The translations under genes and the position numbers were made by a program. This document shows, piece by piece, positions 1-13,046 of a stretch of DNA of 64,000 nucleotides. Numbering within the stretch: position 1 is the stretch's first letter; every line of letters begins with the position of its first letter. The notes beneath the pieces are model-generated. The model saw nothing but the letters and a program-made list of their open reading frames with translations. It searched no databases and was not told the DNA's origin. This DNA is from Felis catus (taxonomy: Eukaryota), in assembly GCF_018350175.1 (NCBI RefSeq), contig NC_058368.1:42100001-42164000 (forward strand), written 5' to 3'.

Positions 1-1061
1 GTAAAATGTAATAAAAACTCAAATGAATAAAAAAGCAAATGAATGAATGAGTTTCACCATCTGGACTTGGAAGCTAGCAACCATTCATCACATTTTCTCT
101 ACAAGAAAATTTATTTGTGGTTCTAAACAACTGACTTACAAATGAACACAAGCTGAAATATACTAGAATCAAACTATATTTTCTAATTAAACTGAAAGTT
201 TTGCTAATACCACTTGCTGGCTATTCCAAGTTCCAGTTGGCCTTAAAATATTCAAAAGCAGAGTAGCTAAACAAGATCATTTGTAACTGCCAAATACAAT
301 TCAATACATTACCCTAAAGAAGCTATAGCAAGAGTGTAGCGATACCTCATAATGTGTAAAATGTTTGATTTTAAGATAAACCATCGCATTTTCTATTAAT
401 TATTTTATGTATCTTTTATAACTACTACAACTCTAAGGACATGTATGAAGACCAAAATTAAATATTCTAAAGGAAATGAAATGGATGTTTTCTGCAAAAA
501 TAAGAGTTGACAATGATCTCTTGTCTTTTATCCCCTTATTGGCTGTGCAACCAAAGATAATAGGATAATATCCAAATTTGTAGAATTGATGCTTAATAAC
601 CTGAGAATAGATAATATTATTTTTGTAGTATTATCAGGAAAAGGTTCATATCAAATTTAGTTTTATTATGTTTACTGTTCTTTAATAAATTTTTCTACAC
701 CCCTTTTTATAGCTCATGATGTCATCATTGTTTAACACCTCTGCAAAACATTTAAAATAATTGTCTAAATTAGCTCATAAATGTAATGATGAGGGGCTAA
801 CATTATAAACCACATGTAAATTCCAGTATTGGAGTATTTGGATTAATTATTCTTTCATATTATCTCTGCAATGGCTCATTACTTTTAAATATTTCTGACA
901 TATGTAGGTATTATGTTTCATAATATTTCTGACATATATATGTTTAATGATATAGCTAAATCATAACTATAAGTGAGTAGAGCCTTCCACACACATTTTT
1001 TAAGACCATAGGCTTTCTCCTCTTCAGTAATAACACATGGAAAAGGATATACATCTCTCCT

Positions 1062-1286
1062 TTTTAAAACAAAAATTGTTTACATTTATTTATTTTTTAA
1101 GAGACATAGAGAAATAGAACACAAGTTAGGGAGGGGCAGAGAGAGTAGGAAACACAGAATCCGAAGCAGGCTCCAGGCTCTGAGCTGTCAGGAAAGAGCT
1201 TAACACGGGGCTTGAACTTACAAACTGTGAGATCATGACCTGAGCCAAAGTTGGACACTTAACTGACTGAGCCACCCAGGTGCCCC
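1062..1286 (-). mobile_element. Can-SINE (feline SINEC-type)
   Basis: Reverse complement of GGGGCACCTGGGTGGCTCAGTCAGTTAAG head, body, GA tract and T-rich tail; imperfect TSD tacatctctc/tacacctctc. Confidence 0.95.
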
Positions 1287-2215
1287 TACACCTCTCTCTT
1301 TTACCCACTGACTATTCAGTCTCCAAATCTATGTTCAAACTCCCATCCCTAACAGGGACTCTCTCCCTCTCCTGATATTTTGTTCTGGTTCCCATATTAC
1401 CTTGTTCTAAAAAATTATCTTGCTCTAGTTATTGCCTAGGAAAGAGGACAGAAATTAAACATATTATCAAATAAATACACAAATATAACTTTTTATAAAT
1501 GAGAAGAAGCAAGGAAATAGTGCATGCTCTCTTAGTATCTCCACTGCTTAATATATTGTTGAGACCTGGTGAACAAATGGATGCTACAACCATGAGCTTC
1601 TATGAATGGGTGGATTTAAAGTTACATAAATGATCCTGTGTGAATTCAAAATAAAATTGAGTTCTACTTTTTTATCCTTAGCTTTTTCCTTTCATTGCTG
1701 TGCACATTTGATGCCCATACCAATTAATAGTGTCAGTCAAATTGCAATGGAGTACGTTAAATCTCTGTGAGGTAAGATGTTCGTGGAACTTGTTGAAGCT
1801 CTCATAGCCCTCAACATCTCCTGCAATGCAAGGGCATAGAGAGCGAATCCTGCTAAATATTATTTTTGTTCCTGAAATCATTTGACCTCTAACTATTGTT
1901 TGTGAAAGATTGATCCGTTAGTTTGATCATTGTTTCCTTATTGTATAGTTTACTCCAAAGGTGATAAAATTAATAGATTTTTGAAGGTTATATCAGATTC
2001 CTAGGCTACTAGATAGCTACAAAAATGTTAATGCTATATAATATAAATAAAAACATAACTTTATACTAGGATATAGATGTTTCATATGAACAAAAGGGTG
2101 TTGCTTATCAATGATGTGCTAAAGAAAACATGGCATGTTATTTTATAAACACGGGGAACAATTTCAGAGTCCAACAATGCAATAAGTAATGGAAATGAAA
2201 ATATTAATACAATCA

Positions 2216-2352
2216 GGGGCACCAGCATGGCTCAGTCGGTTGGGCGTCCAACCATGGCTAGGGTCACAATCTTACAGCTCGTGAGTTCAAGCTCTGTGTC
2301 AGGTTCTGTGTTGGCAGCTCAGAGCCTGGAGCCTGCTTCAGATTCTGTGTCT
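2216..2352 (+). mobile_element. Can-SINE, 3'-truncated
   Basis: ggggcaccagcatggctcagtcgg...cagagcctggagcctgcttcagattctgtgtctc; no CT tract or A tail. Confidence 0.9.
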
Positions 2353-2362
2353 CGACTACATT

Positions 2363-2414
2363 TCTATCCATCTATCTATGTATCTATCTATGTATCTATC
2401 TATGTATCTATCTA
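2363..2414 (+). repeat. (TCTA/TGTA)n compound microsatellite with 12-bp higher-order unit
   Basis: tatctatctatg repeated about 3.5 times. Confidence 0.9.
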
Positions 2415-5400
2415 ATCTGGTTTACTTAGGTATTCATGCAAACTGGTTCCATTTCTATCACACCACCACTTAAACTGAGATTATATTAATTGCTATTTAC
2501 TGAATGTTATAATAAAAGTATAATTTTGCCATTTTTTGTGGCTTGAATTAAGATAAAAGACTCCCATTTTCTTTCTAGTAAGTTTTCCTTGCAAACTAAA
2601 ATAGCATGACCTTTTCTTGAGAAGCAAGGAAACATCAGAAATTCAAATATTTTTAATTATTTAAATTCTATTAACTCATTGTTACTACCTCTCCCCAACC
2701 CCAGCACGATAATGTATAGCTGAGGAATTAAGTCAGGTATCAGCAACTGATTGTGAATTTTTCCAAAAGCAGTGGTCATATTGCCCCTATTGGAGAGAGC
2801 AAGAATGATAAATATTTGTGGTCTTGTAGAATTACATGGACGTAAGAACATAAAAGTTAGTATCTTTGGAGCAGAAAACAACAAGCACATAGCAACAGCT
2901 ATGACAGCTGTCATAGCAAGCCACTTCTAACTTCAGCCCTAAATCATTATTTAGGTGTGTTTTTGCTTCACTAAGCTGACAGAGATTCTCTAGAATATGG
3001 TATTTGGTATTTCTTATCATATGTATGGGGTCAGCTTTTGCAATATGTATATGGCCAAAATTCTAAATTACTTCATATCACACTGCATCTGCTATTTATA
3101 TTTTCTGCTATCTTGACCATACTTTTTCAAATATGAAGTGTTAAATTATCTCACCAAAGTGATCAATATTTTCCTTCTCAAGGTTATAGGTTTTGTTGGT
3201 ATTTCCTTAATGCTAACTATGGGTTTACTTGGGTTTCAAAGATATGATTTAAATATGAGGTGATTAATAAGAAGAATATTTAATAATGAGACATTTGTTT
3301 ACCTGAAAATAAGAGGATCCATAATTTAGCCATCAACATGTTGTATTTATAGTATGCTTGAGCCATATATAACTTATAATTGGGTTTCAACTCAATAAAT
3401 TAAGTCAATTATTTACATGGCCTTGTAAGATGTTATAGTACAGATGATATACATATCTAATTCATCATTGTGCATGTAATGTGCTATCTGTTTCTACAAC
3501 ACTCTACTTCCCCATAATAAAAAGTCTAGTCTTTATCCAATTCCTCTAGGTATAAGGTGTCAATAAATAATGCAGAGACAAATAAATGCAACAATAAACA
3601 GATACTAAGAACCAATAGATCAATATGAATGTGCATTAGTGTCTGCATCTCAGACTTGGTTTAACTGAAAGAAAAGCTCTATTTCACATGCATGCCTTGC
3701 CTTCTTCCTTCTTTGAACATCTTCTGCTTTCCTAGATATACTAAAGGACATACTTAGGATACTAGTGTACAGGAGCACCTGGAACCTTCAAAACATTTCG
3801 TAAAGAAAAATAGAAATAATGGATTATTCCTATCTGTAAGAGTTATAGAAACTGCTCTAAGAATAGAGACACTGTTTTTTGTACAAAATAGGATTAATAA
3901 ATTTCATGCTTGATCTTATCAGGGAGAATCAAGAGGGGAGCTGTAAAGCATCGAGAATAGGTTTATATCTGATTTGTAATTGCTGCTTTTCAAATTTCAA
4001 ATGATCAGCTCTTAATTTATTTTGTTTTTTCCTAGAATTTGTTTTTGTCTAGAAGACTAGTAAAATCTCTGCTAATATAAAGAGTGCTAAAGGAAAATAG
4101 CTATGTTTACTTCATGAAAGCAGAAATCTGAGTTACTGAGTCAACATGTGGGCTGTCTGTCAAATACCTTCAGAGAGATAATTAAGTAGTGTTTAGGCTT
4201 GGATAAATGTATGTGTATAATCAGTAAGTCTGTTTATTAATTCACAATGAGAAGTACAGAAGAGACAAGAGAGGCAGGATCATTTTGCCTTTTCATTCTA
4301 TAAACAGAGGACTGGGGATATTGGAATGGAGGAAGAAGAGCAGTGATAAGGTTTAGGTTGGGATTAATCCAACCTTGGCTTTATAAATAAGGAATCAGAT
4401 GCTGGTAGGCTTCCAAAATGACCAGATGGATCCATCTCACAATACTGGCACTTTTGCTGACAAAACTCAAAATCTCAAATCTATTATCTTTGATTCTACT
4501 CCTTGGCATTGCTTAGGTGGACAATGTTAATATTGGTCTCAGGGATTCTCCTGGTTATACCATTTCCTGGCTGACCCACTTTTTTCTTATTGACATGTTA
4601 TTCTTTCACATAAGCTCACCCATTAATCAGCTCTACTTAGTGGGAGACTAAGCCTGAAGCTCAAGAAGCTTTACCCCCTCACTTGATCAGGTCTCTTCCA
4701 AGGTCTGAGAGAAGCCAGAGAAAAATGTTCACATGGTAATATATTTTTATAACATTTGAAAAATAAGGTATTTGTTATTGAAATTTCTTCCAATATAAAC
4801 TTTGGTATCCACAAAACCCGAATTTATTTCTGGTTATGGTTAAATACAGTAGTCCTAGTCTAGGAGCCATTTTTGTCATACCATGGTGATTTTTCATGTG
4901 TATATTCTAATCTTAAAGTGTAAGTTTCATAAAATTATCTTCTTTCTTTTTAACTTTGTAGAGACTCTTCTAGGTGTTTTCCACTTACTTACACCACAAA
5001 GCACCTTAAAAATAAAATGAAACCAAAATTTAAGTAGTATAGGATATGTCTGATAGATGAGGACAACTTCACTTAAGAGTTTATGAATCTCAATTTATTT
5101 ACTGTGTGCTGTGTAAATAGCCCTAATATTTGCAGACTATTTTATACATATCCCACATAGTTTTATAATCAGACTGCAGTGGGTCTTTGTGTCATTCTTC
5201 TATCTCCAAATTCTTAAATATTCTTTAGTGTGGTATTTTCTAAGTAGGTACTAATGTTAATGTTTAATCTTCCTAGATCTGATTCTCAGAATAAACTTCC
5301 TAAATGTCTCATATGTGCTTATTGATATGTCCTGCAAAGTTTATAAGTAATCTATTTATTTATTTATATAGTCCCATGCTTCTCAAATAGAGAAAGATAG

Positions 5401-5805
5401 GGATTATTTTGGTATTCCAAATAATGATCAAAATAATCAAGATCATTGTAACACAAACCATTGTCTTTTCATAGCTTAACACTTTCGGTAACTATATGTT
5501 TTCTTTCATACTGAAAAAGAAAACCACCAACTGATGAAGGGCACATCAAGTGGATTTGGATGATGAGACAGTGATGGGATGAAAAAAAATTATCTTTTAA
5601 CCATTGTACTTATTTAAAATATGCTCATGGTCAAAATACCCTGGAAACAATTATTTTAATTGCGTTTTGCAGATGAGCAAATTGGGGTTCATATACTTAG
5701 TAAAATTAAAAGATAAGTATGAGGGCTAGAATTTATATTTAACTTACTCACCATAATATCTATTTATACAAAGAGGGAAGGTGATATATATATCCACACA
5801 TACAT

Positions 5806-5807
<2 letters not shown>

Positions 5808-5851
<44 letters not shown>
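5808..5851 (+). repeat. (CA)n microsatellite
   Basis: Direct read. Confidence 0.95.
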
Positions 5852-5854
<3 letters not shown>

Positions 5855-5889
5855 GAGGTAAGGTTCTCTATACACAAACACACACACAT

Positions 5890-6087
5890 ATCACTTTATA
5901 AAGTGTTTTCATATATGTTCTGTTATTTATGCTTCACAACCATTTTTTTGTGTCTTTGTGTCAAATTTTTTGTAGGTATGCAAACTGACATTCCAAGAGG
6001 TTAAATGACATTTAAAAATACTCCTATAACCCACTGAAGTGGGACTCCAGATGTTGTTGAATCTAATTTGATAATCCACTACACCAT
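5890..6087 (-). mobile_element. MIR fragment
   Basis: actttataaagtgttttcatatatg...aaactgacattccaagaggttaaatgac...ctacaccat resembles the MIR antisense core. Confidence 0.55.
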
Positions 6088-7557
6088 AGTAGTAGAAAAA
6101 TGACTCCTGTTTATGTGTATATCTTAAAACTATGAATGATAGAATCAGAAGGTTGTAAAATATTCTTTGTCTTAAAATTGCTAAGTGCTAACAGGCAAAA
6201 AAAAAAGGCATAAAAGTCATCACAGATAATAATTTCTAGAAAGCTAATTATTAAGTTGTCATAAGAATTATAAGCAATTGTAGAGGGAACAGGAACAAAT
6301 GTTTTGATGATTCAAACTTTCCAATGAGACGGAAGCACCCAAAAAAGTACTGCCTCCCAAATAAACACCAGACTCAAGCATGTCTTAGGATAGTTCTGAG
6401 TTTAAGCGTGGCCTGTAAGAGAAGAGTCCTAATATTTCCTTGAGTAAATTTATTTTTATCTTCCCAAAGCCTTGGTGTTACGTGGCTGGAAGCATGGGGG
6501 AGGTGTCCTGGAATCATGGGTGCAGGACTGTTCCAGGGGCCAGCCTATAGCTGAGCAGACTCCAAGCCTATGAGTCGGTGATAAAGAAGCTAGTGAAAGT
6601 ATTTCCTGCCTGCAGATTTAGTTTTTAATCTAAATTTACAAACCTTAGTTAATATGGCTTAACTTTTTATTTCTTATATTCAAACAGGAACCCATTGCCT
6701 AATGTAAATGTGAATAGTAAATTTTTCAGATATTACAGAAGAAAGGGTGGTTTAATAGGCTGAATTTGGTCTTGGAGGCTTCGATCCCATCTTTGCTACT
6801 CTGTAGCTAAATGGTCTTAGAGAAGTCTTTAATGTCTTGTTTACTTAAAAATAATCTCTCTCATTTTCATGAATGTGCTGATATTATGGATCAAATATGA
6901 ACATGAAACATGAGTTAGTGCTCAGTATAAAGTGATGATAGAAATGATGAAGGTAGCTAAACATTTGTATTACTTTTGTTTAAGTGAATAATGTGAAGAA
7001 GATTTTAGATCTGTTACTAAACAACCATAGTATAGTTGATTAGCATCAGAATTCAAACAATATAGTAACTTGAAAATGATTTCAGATCTCTTTTCTAAGC
7101 AACTCTGATGAAGTTATTCATCTAGGACATAATAACAAATGAGGGGACATATTGTTGACAGCACCAGAGGTTTAAGTAACAACAAGAATGGCAGTTCAGT
7201 AGAAGAAGGAAGCATCTGTGGCCCTAAAGCTATAATTGAATTCTCCACCTCCTTGGTTGGCTCCAAGGTGCAAATTAATTCCTCATGGGCAAGCCACTAC
7301 GTCTGACCTCTTAGGTAACCAAAGGGAGAAATGGGCAGAATCAATATTAAATGTTGTTAAATATCTTTAATTTAGGACCAGCAACTAGATTTCATTTAAA
7401 ATATTTATATTAGATGATATAAAAACAAAGGGAAAAAGCATTTACATAGAGATATAACACCAGTAGTTATTTTAAAAAAATGGGGAATATCCAAACATTC
7501 TTTTTCTTCTAAGAACCACTAGAACTCTACTAAGTGCCATATAGGCCACACACAATT

Positions 7558-7560
<3 letters not shown>

Positions 7561-7611
<51 letters not shown>

Positions 7612-7771
7612 GTATATATACACACACACATATATACATAATATATATAACATATATATATAACATATATATATTTATGTATATATATAAATACTATTTA
7701 TATATATTTATATACAAATTTATATATATTATATACATATATAATATATGTATGTGGTGTATATATATATA
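7561..7771. repeat. (TA)n / (TATACA)-rich low-complexity tract
   Basis: Direct read. Confidence 0.95.
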
Positions 7772-9457
7772 CCACATACAATTCTGCTACAAAATGCAAA
7801 GTTAAGAAAGTTTAGGAGCTGTATCTTTCAGGAAACCAAAAATATTAAATACATTCTATGGAATGATTTTTAATATTTAGATGTCAATCATGAAACAAAA
7901 CCAAGGGAAAAAACCCCTCAACACATTAAGTAAAACTAAGATACCAATAAATTCTGACACATAATAAAGTACAAAAGAGAAGGTTATAATAATGAGATAA
8001 TTAGAGAGTATAATAGTAACTTGATGACTGTATATTCTGGGCCCAAAAATCCAGACAGAATTGTCAGTATACACATTAAAAAATTTTATACAGTAGAATA
8101 AAGATAAATAGCATTAAGTGAGTCCATAATATCTGTGCACCTACACTGAATATGACTATATCACAGTGTAAGAGTGACTGTCATACACATAAAAAAATCC
8201 ATTTATGCAAAAGTTTCTAAATGTTATGGGTTTGTAACCACTAGTATTAATTTAATACAAATGTGTTTATACACAGACCATGCAAGTGCTTTTAATGAAG
8301 TATGTATAAAACCATCCTGCTGTTATATAGGCTGTGCTGATTGCATTTTACTAATTTGGGGACAATATAATGCAATATGAAGAAACAATGTAACCAAGTT
8401 ATGTTTCCTCAAGCTGGGTCCTTAGAATACCAAGAGTGCACCGAGCTCAAATATATCTTGGAAATTCAGCATATTACATATTCCTGTCTTGGATGTATAA
8501 AACACATTGGCATACTGAAGTCTCTGTGAAGTCCTGCAGTACAGATACTTATTTATCTTTGTTTAATTTAGTGTGTTTTGTTATCACCTATAACATTTCA
8601 AGAATGTATAATATGCGTTGTGAAATGCTGATCTAAACTATAATTATGAAAGTTCTTTGAATATATTTATATTAGATCTTGGACATTTTTTATTTTTCTT
8701 GATTTTTCTCATAAAAAACATGACAGAACTCATATTCCCCTACAGCCATATCCTGGTTCAGAAAAAAACACCTAGAACTTACAGAGCAATTTATATTTTT
8801 AAAATACAGTGCATTTCATCTGGCAATATTCTCCTGAAGCATTAGCAGCTACCCCAAATACGAAATCAGGAATCCTCATGTCACAGCTAGATCTCTGAGA
8901 GCCAATATCATTAGCACCTAGTCAGTATGTAAACCTCCAATATTTTTCTAAAACCACTGAAGTCTGTATCTTTCCTTTTGGCCTGCCACAGTCTTCTTTT
9001 ACAGTGCTGCTCTCAATCTATCTCAAGTACTAGAAATTCCTCTTATCGCCCCAAACTTCCAACAAAATGAACCTCCAGTTTATAACCTTACTACGGTTTC
9101 TACTCATTTTCTGAGGGGATAAATTTATGAACACAGACCCAAAAGGGATATCCTGCTCTCTGGTTCCTTCTACTGGGTGTCATTTATCTTTAGCCATTGT
9201 CTAAATACACTTGCTCAAAGGAAGACTTTAATACCCTCCTTACTTTCTGCAGTACTTAGGGTGACCTAGATAATCATGGACATTTGCCAGAACTGTCATC
9301 CATGTGCAAATGGCCTCATAATATTAAAAGGTAAGTGCTGCTTGCGTTTTCTTAAAACTAAAGCTATATATCAGGTACGTGAATATACCAAATTAGAATG
9401 TGCCCCACGATAATTACATAGTTAGAATATGATGCACTTAATGTTTTGATTTTGGCA

Positions 9458-9630
9458 ATAACAACAGCTAGCATTTATTGGTGATCTTATTTAGTGGTAG
9501 GCACTGTTATCCCCATTCTACAAATGAGCACACTAAATCTCAAAGAGATTGAGCACATTTTTCCAACTTAAACAATTAGGAAGTGTGGGAGATAGACTTC
9601 CCTGGAAGCCATGATTAATTGTACTATGCT
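9458..9630 (-). mobile_element. MIR fragment
   Basis: acagctagcatttattg...ttatccccattctacaaatgag...aaatctcaaagagattgag. Confidence 0.65.
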
Positions 9631-9679
9631 ACCCTTCTTCTACTCCAACAACTATTAATTGGACTTGGTTGTTTTAGAT

Positions 9680-9900
9680 AGGCCAAGCTGAGTACCTTCA
9701 GTCTGAAATTCTCCTGTGGGAGACATTCCTGTCTCAGTGTCAGCTAATCTTTTGAATGTGTGATTTGTGGGGCAGCCATTTTCCTCCTTGTGGAGAAAGA
9801 CAAGTGGAAGAGAGAAGAATAAAGCAAATGTGATAAAAAAAAAATGAAGGACTCTTATTTCTTCTGCAAATTTCTAATTTCTGCTCTTATGTTACAAGGT
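9680..9900 (+). mobile_element. Ancient MaLR LTR fragment (MLT1J/K-like)
   Basis: ggccaagctgag...ggggcagccattttcc...gagaagaataaagcaa motifs typical of old MLT1 LTRs. Confidence 0.4.
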
Positions 9901-10079
9901 ATACCCATAAATTTTCATATTAAATCACCACACAATTATATTTCCAACATAAGTAATTTGGCATTGCTTTATATTATATGCCACCAAATAGTTTCTTGCT
10001 AATATTCTAAGTCTGCCTGATTCTTTGCCTTATTATGTGGCTTTTCCTTTAAGTTTCCTTCTCCTGTCTCTCTTAAGTT

Positions 10080-10132
10080 AGGAAGGAAGGAAGGAAGGAA
10101 GGAAGGAAGGAAGGAAGGAAGGAAGGAAGGAA

Positions 10133-10192
<60 letters not shown>

Positions 10193-10221
10193 AAAAAGAA
10201 AGAAAGAAAGAGAAAAAAGAA
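10080..10221 (+). repeat. (GGAA)n(GAAA)n polypurine microsatellite
   Basis: Direct read. Confidence 0.97.
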
Positions 10222-11444
10222 GTTATGCCCTTCCTTTCTGGATATCTATAAAACAGAGCTCTACATGTAACACTATAGAAACGGAATCATCCTTGATAAA
10301 ATGAACAATCATTCCTAATTGAAATTTTTAGAATAAAGTGTTGAAAAAGCGAACAGAATTAGGTTTTACAAATTCAGGGAAATGCTGTAAGAAAATCACA
10401 CCAAAGGATCTGTATGTGTTTAAAATAACTATAAATGAAAGTTATCTCAGTGCTCTACTTAAAAATACAGTTGCAAATAAAGTCAAGTAGTTATACGAAG
10501 TATTGACTGTGGTTTAAGGTAGGGAGTTCACTTGGAAGCAGATGGCCTGAAGAAGGAAGGAGCAGGGCATAATCATAAATCATAACAGAAGAAGACAAAG
10601 GATGAGGAAGCAAGGCAAGGAGGGTAAAAGAAGCCAGATAACAAAAGATCCAAGCAGAAGCAAAAGAGAAGGGGGTAAAAGGAAGGGCACAGTAATAAAA
10701 GGAAGGATAGGGATGCCAACATGATGTAACATGCCCAGAATTCTAATGAAAAGCTGCAGCAGTGGAGAGCATAGAGCTAAGGAGCAACAGTAAAAGGCCA
10801 CACAACAGTAGGACAGTTTTTTAAATGTAGCATTGTGCCAGGGGGCTTGTAGTGAGCCTCACCCCACAGAGAGTCCTTTAAAATTTAAAGTACATCGCTT
10901 TGCTGAATTGAAAGTCATTCTTTAAAAGAAGGCCACAGGTTTAGGGAAGAAAAACCTGACAACAGAACGCAATGAAAGAAGAAAAGAGGTGAAAGACAAA
11001 AGTGGGCAACATTACAATAACAGCAGTGCTAATCAATTAGGATGTTGAGATGTTGACCGTGCTCAGAATGTTTTTTTCCTCCCTTTAGAAAACCTTCTGC
11101 TTCTTTCCAAATTACTTCAACTCATAGTTAAGCTATCCCCACATATCAATCTAATACTTGGGATTTCCACACAATTCATTGGACTATTTTTTTACTACAG
11201 GTGTTATTTGAATAAGGCAACAATCATATTTCAGTTAGCTGTGTCCTTGCAGAGATGAGTTAAACTTAGGTCAGAAGCATTACGTGGAATACTACAAGAG
11301 CTTAGAGCTTAAAGTTGCCACCAGGAGTCATGATTCATCCAATGTAGCAACAAAATTCTAGACACGTTGATATGGATGTAAATCTTCATATTTCTACCCT
11401 TGTCTTTTTTACCTAATTTACTTCCATGGTCATCTTATTTAGGG

Positions 11445-11874
11445 TGAAAGACTGAATATGCAGGCAATGACCAGACAAATATGACAACAGAACTCTGACC
11501 CACATAAAAAGTCCATTAAGCCAAGCCACAATCTCTGCAGCAACTATTCCAGAACAGTTAGTACTTTGTCAACAAATGCTTGCTATTTTGCTACCACCCC
11601 TTTCCCTTTACAACTCAAGTGAGACCAAACAGTAAGCCAAATCACCTTCTGGAACAAATCTGAGGCCCCACTTTTAATGAGCTCACCTCCAGCTTCCCCA
11701 TGCCAACAACCTCCAATTAGAGCATATCTGAAGTCTTCCTTTTTTTTCCCCCTTACTCCCCAGCCTGTCTTGAAAGATGCCGAACACAAGTGATGGCTGA
11801 GTCCCTTGATGTAATAAGCTCTGAATTACTGACCTCTCTTTGTTCTCATTTGGGTGGTCTTGTATATTGCTACA
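11445..11874 (+). mobile_element. Solo ERV1 LTR, MER110-like
   Basis: TG...CA ends; gacaacagaactctgacccaca, cctccagcttccccatgccaacaacctccaat, gttctcatttgggtggtctt match the recalled MER110-type LTR. Confidence 0.7.
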
Positions 11875-11899
11875 AATGCCTGGGTTAAAAATATCATAT

Positions 11900-12430
11900 C
11901 AATGCTCATGACTCCCAGTATTATACTTCTAGCCCAGACTTCCCCTGAATGCCTGACTTCCTTCACAACATCAATACATGGAAATTGAGTGACTTTGTTA
12001 AAGTTAACAAGTGCAAAAATACCCATACCCCACACATTTCCTAAATGCTCCACCATTCCAGTGTCCTAAGTCCAATATTTTGACAAAGCTCATGATTTCT
12101 CTCATTTCACATGCTTTGCATCGATTCAATGGTAAATTCCAATCACCCAAAAGATATCCAGAATATGATTAAATTGTACTGTTTTACCATTACCTACTTA
12201 GTTGTTTGTCCACGGTATCATCACCTTTCTTCCAAATAACTGTAATAGCCTTTTAATTGATTTCCCTGCTTCTACCCTTGACCTCCTATTTCCTGTCAAA
12301 ACCACATCCACAGTGGTTCTTTTAAAGTGTCAATCAATTTGGCACTTCTCTGTTCCCTTTCTCATTCGGAATAATTGTCAACGTTTTAAAATTCTCTACA
12401 AGGTCTTACATAATCTAGTTATCACCTTCT
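11900..12430 (+). mobile_element. L2 (LINE2) ORF2 3' fragment
   Basis: atgctcatgactccca...ctagcccagac...taactgtaatagccttttaattgatttccctgcttctaccc...tacaaggtcttacataatctag. Confidence 0.75.
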
Positions 12431-12959
12431 CTCCCTCAGTTAACTCCCAGCTACAGCTGTATGGAGTGTGCTAGTTACCTCTCCAAAGGCTGGGCAATGA
12501 CCTTTGATAGAAGTCTTGTTTGAAAAAAGAAAAACAAGTGTTAAAGGATAAATTTTAAAAAGAATAAAACCATAATTCTCACACAAGTATAACATAAATG
12601 GTGTCAAATAATTTATTTATCTTTTTAATTAATGAGGGAACCAGTAAGATGTTACAACTTGTTCCAAGGAGATCCAAAAATAAGCAGAGACATATACAGA
12701 GACTAAGGGATTCTGAAATGAATTTACAAATAGATGCAGATCAGAATTAGCCAAAGGAGCAATTAGTTTTCTATGTGTAAGGATCATTTCCATTATTATC
12801 ACTTTTCTCCAACCTCTGCAGTATTAAAATAGTCCAACACAATGAAAGGCAGAAACAGGAAATAATCACATGAGTGAGTTAGAACATTTCCTAGTGTTTT
12901 CTTTTTTTTTCTTTTTCGTTCTTTTGTTTAAAAATGTTTCAAAACTTTTCCTAGCAAAA

Positions 12960-13046
12960 GGAAGAAACTGGGAGGAAGAGGGGAGGAAGGGAGAGAGGAG
13001 GAAGGGGCAAGGGAGGGAAGGGGAGAAGAGAGAAAGGGAGGGGAAG
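12960..13046 (+). repeat. GA-rich low-complexity tract
   Basis: Direct read. Confidence 0.8.

Noticed and set aside
3296..3320. Minus-strand recursive splice site ttattttcag|gtaaac
   Set aside because: The donor lacks the GTRAG consensus and there is no other support.
8400..8600. hAT-Charlie-like remnant
   Set aside because: Some motifs are suggestive but too degraded to assign a family or boundaries.
11316..11334. CTCF-like ttgccaccaggagtca
   Set aside because: Mismatches at key core G positions; weak match.
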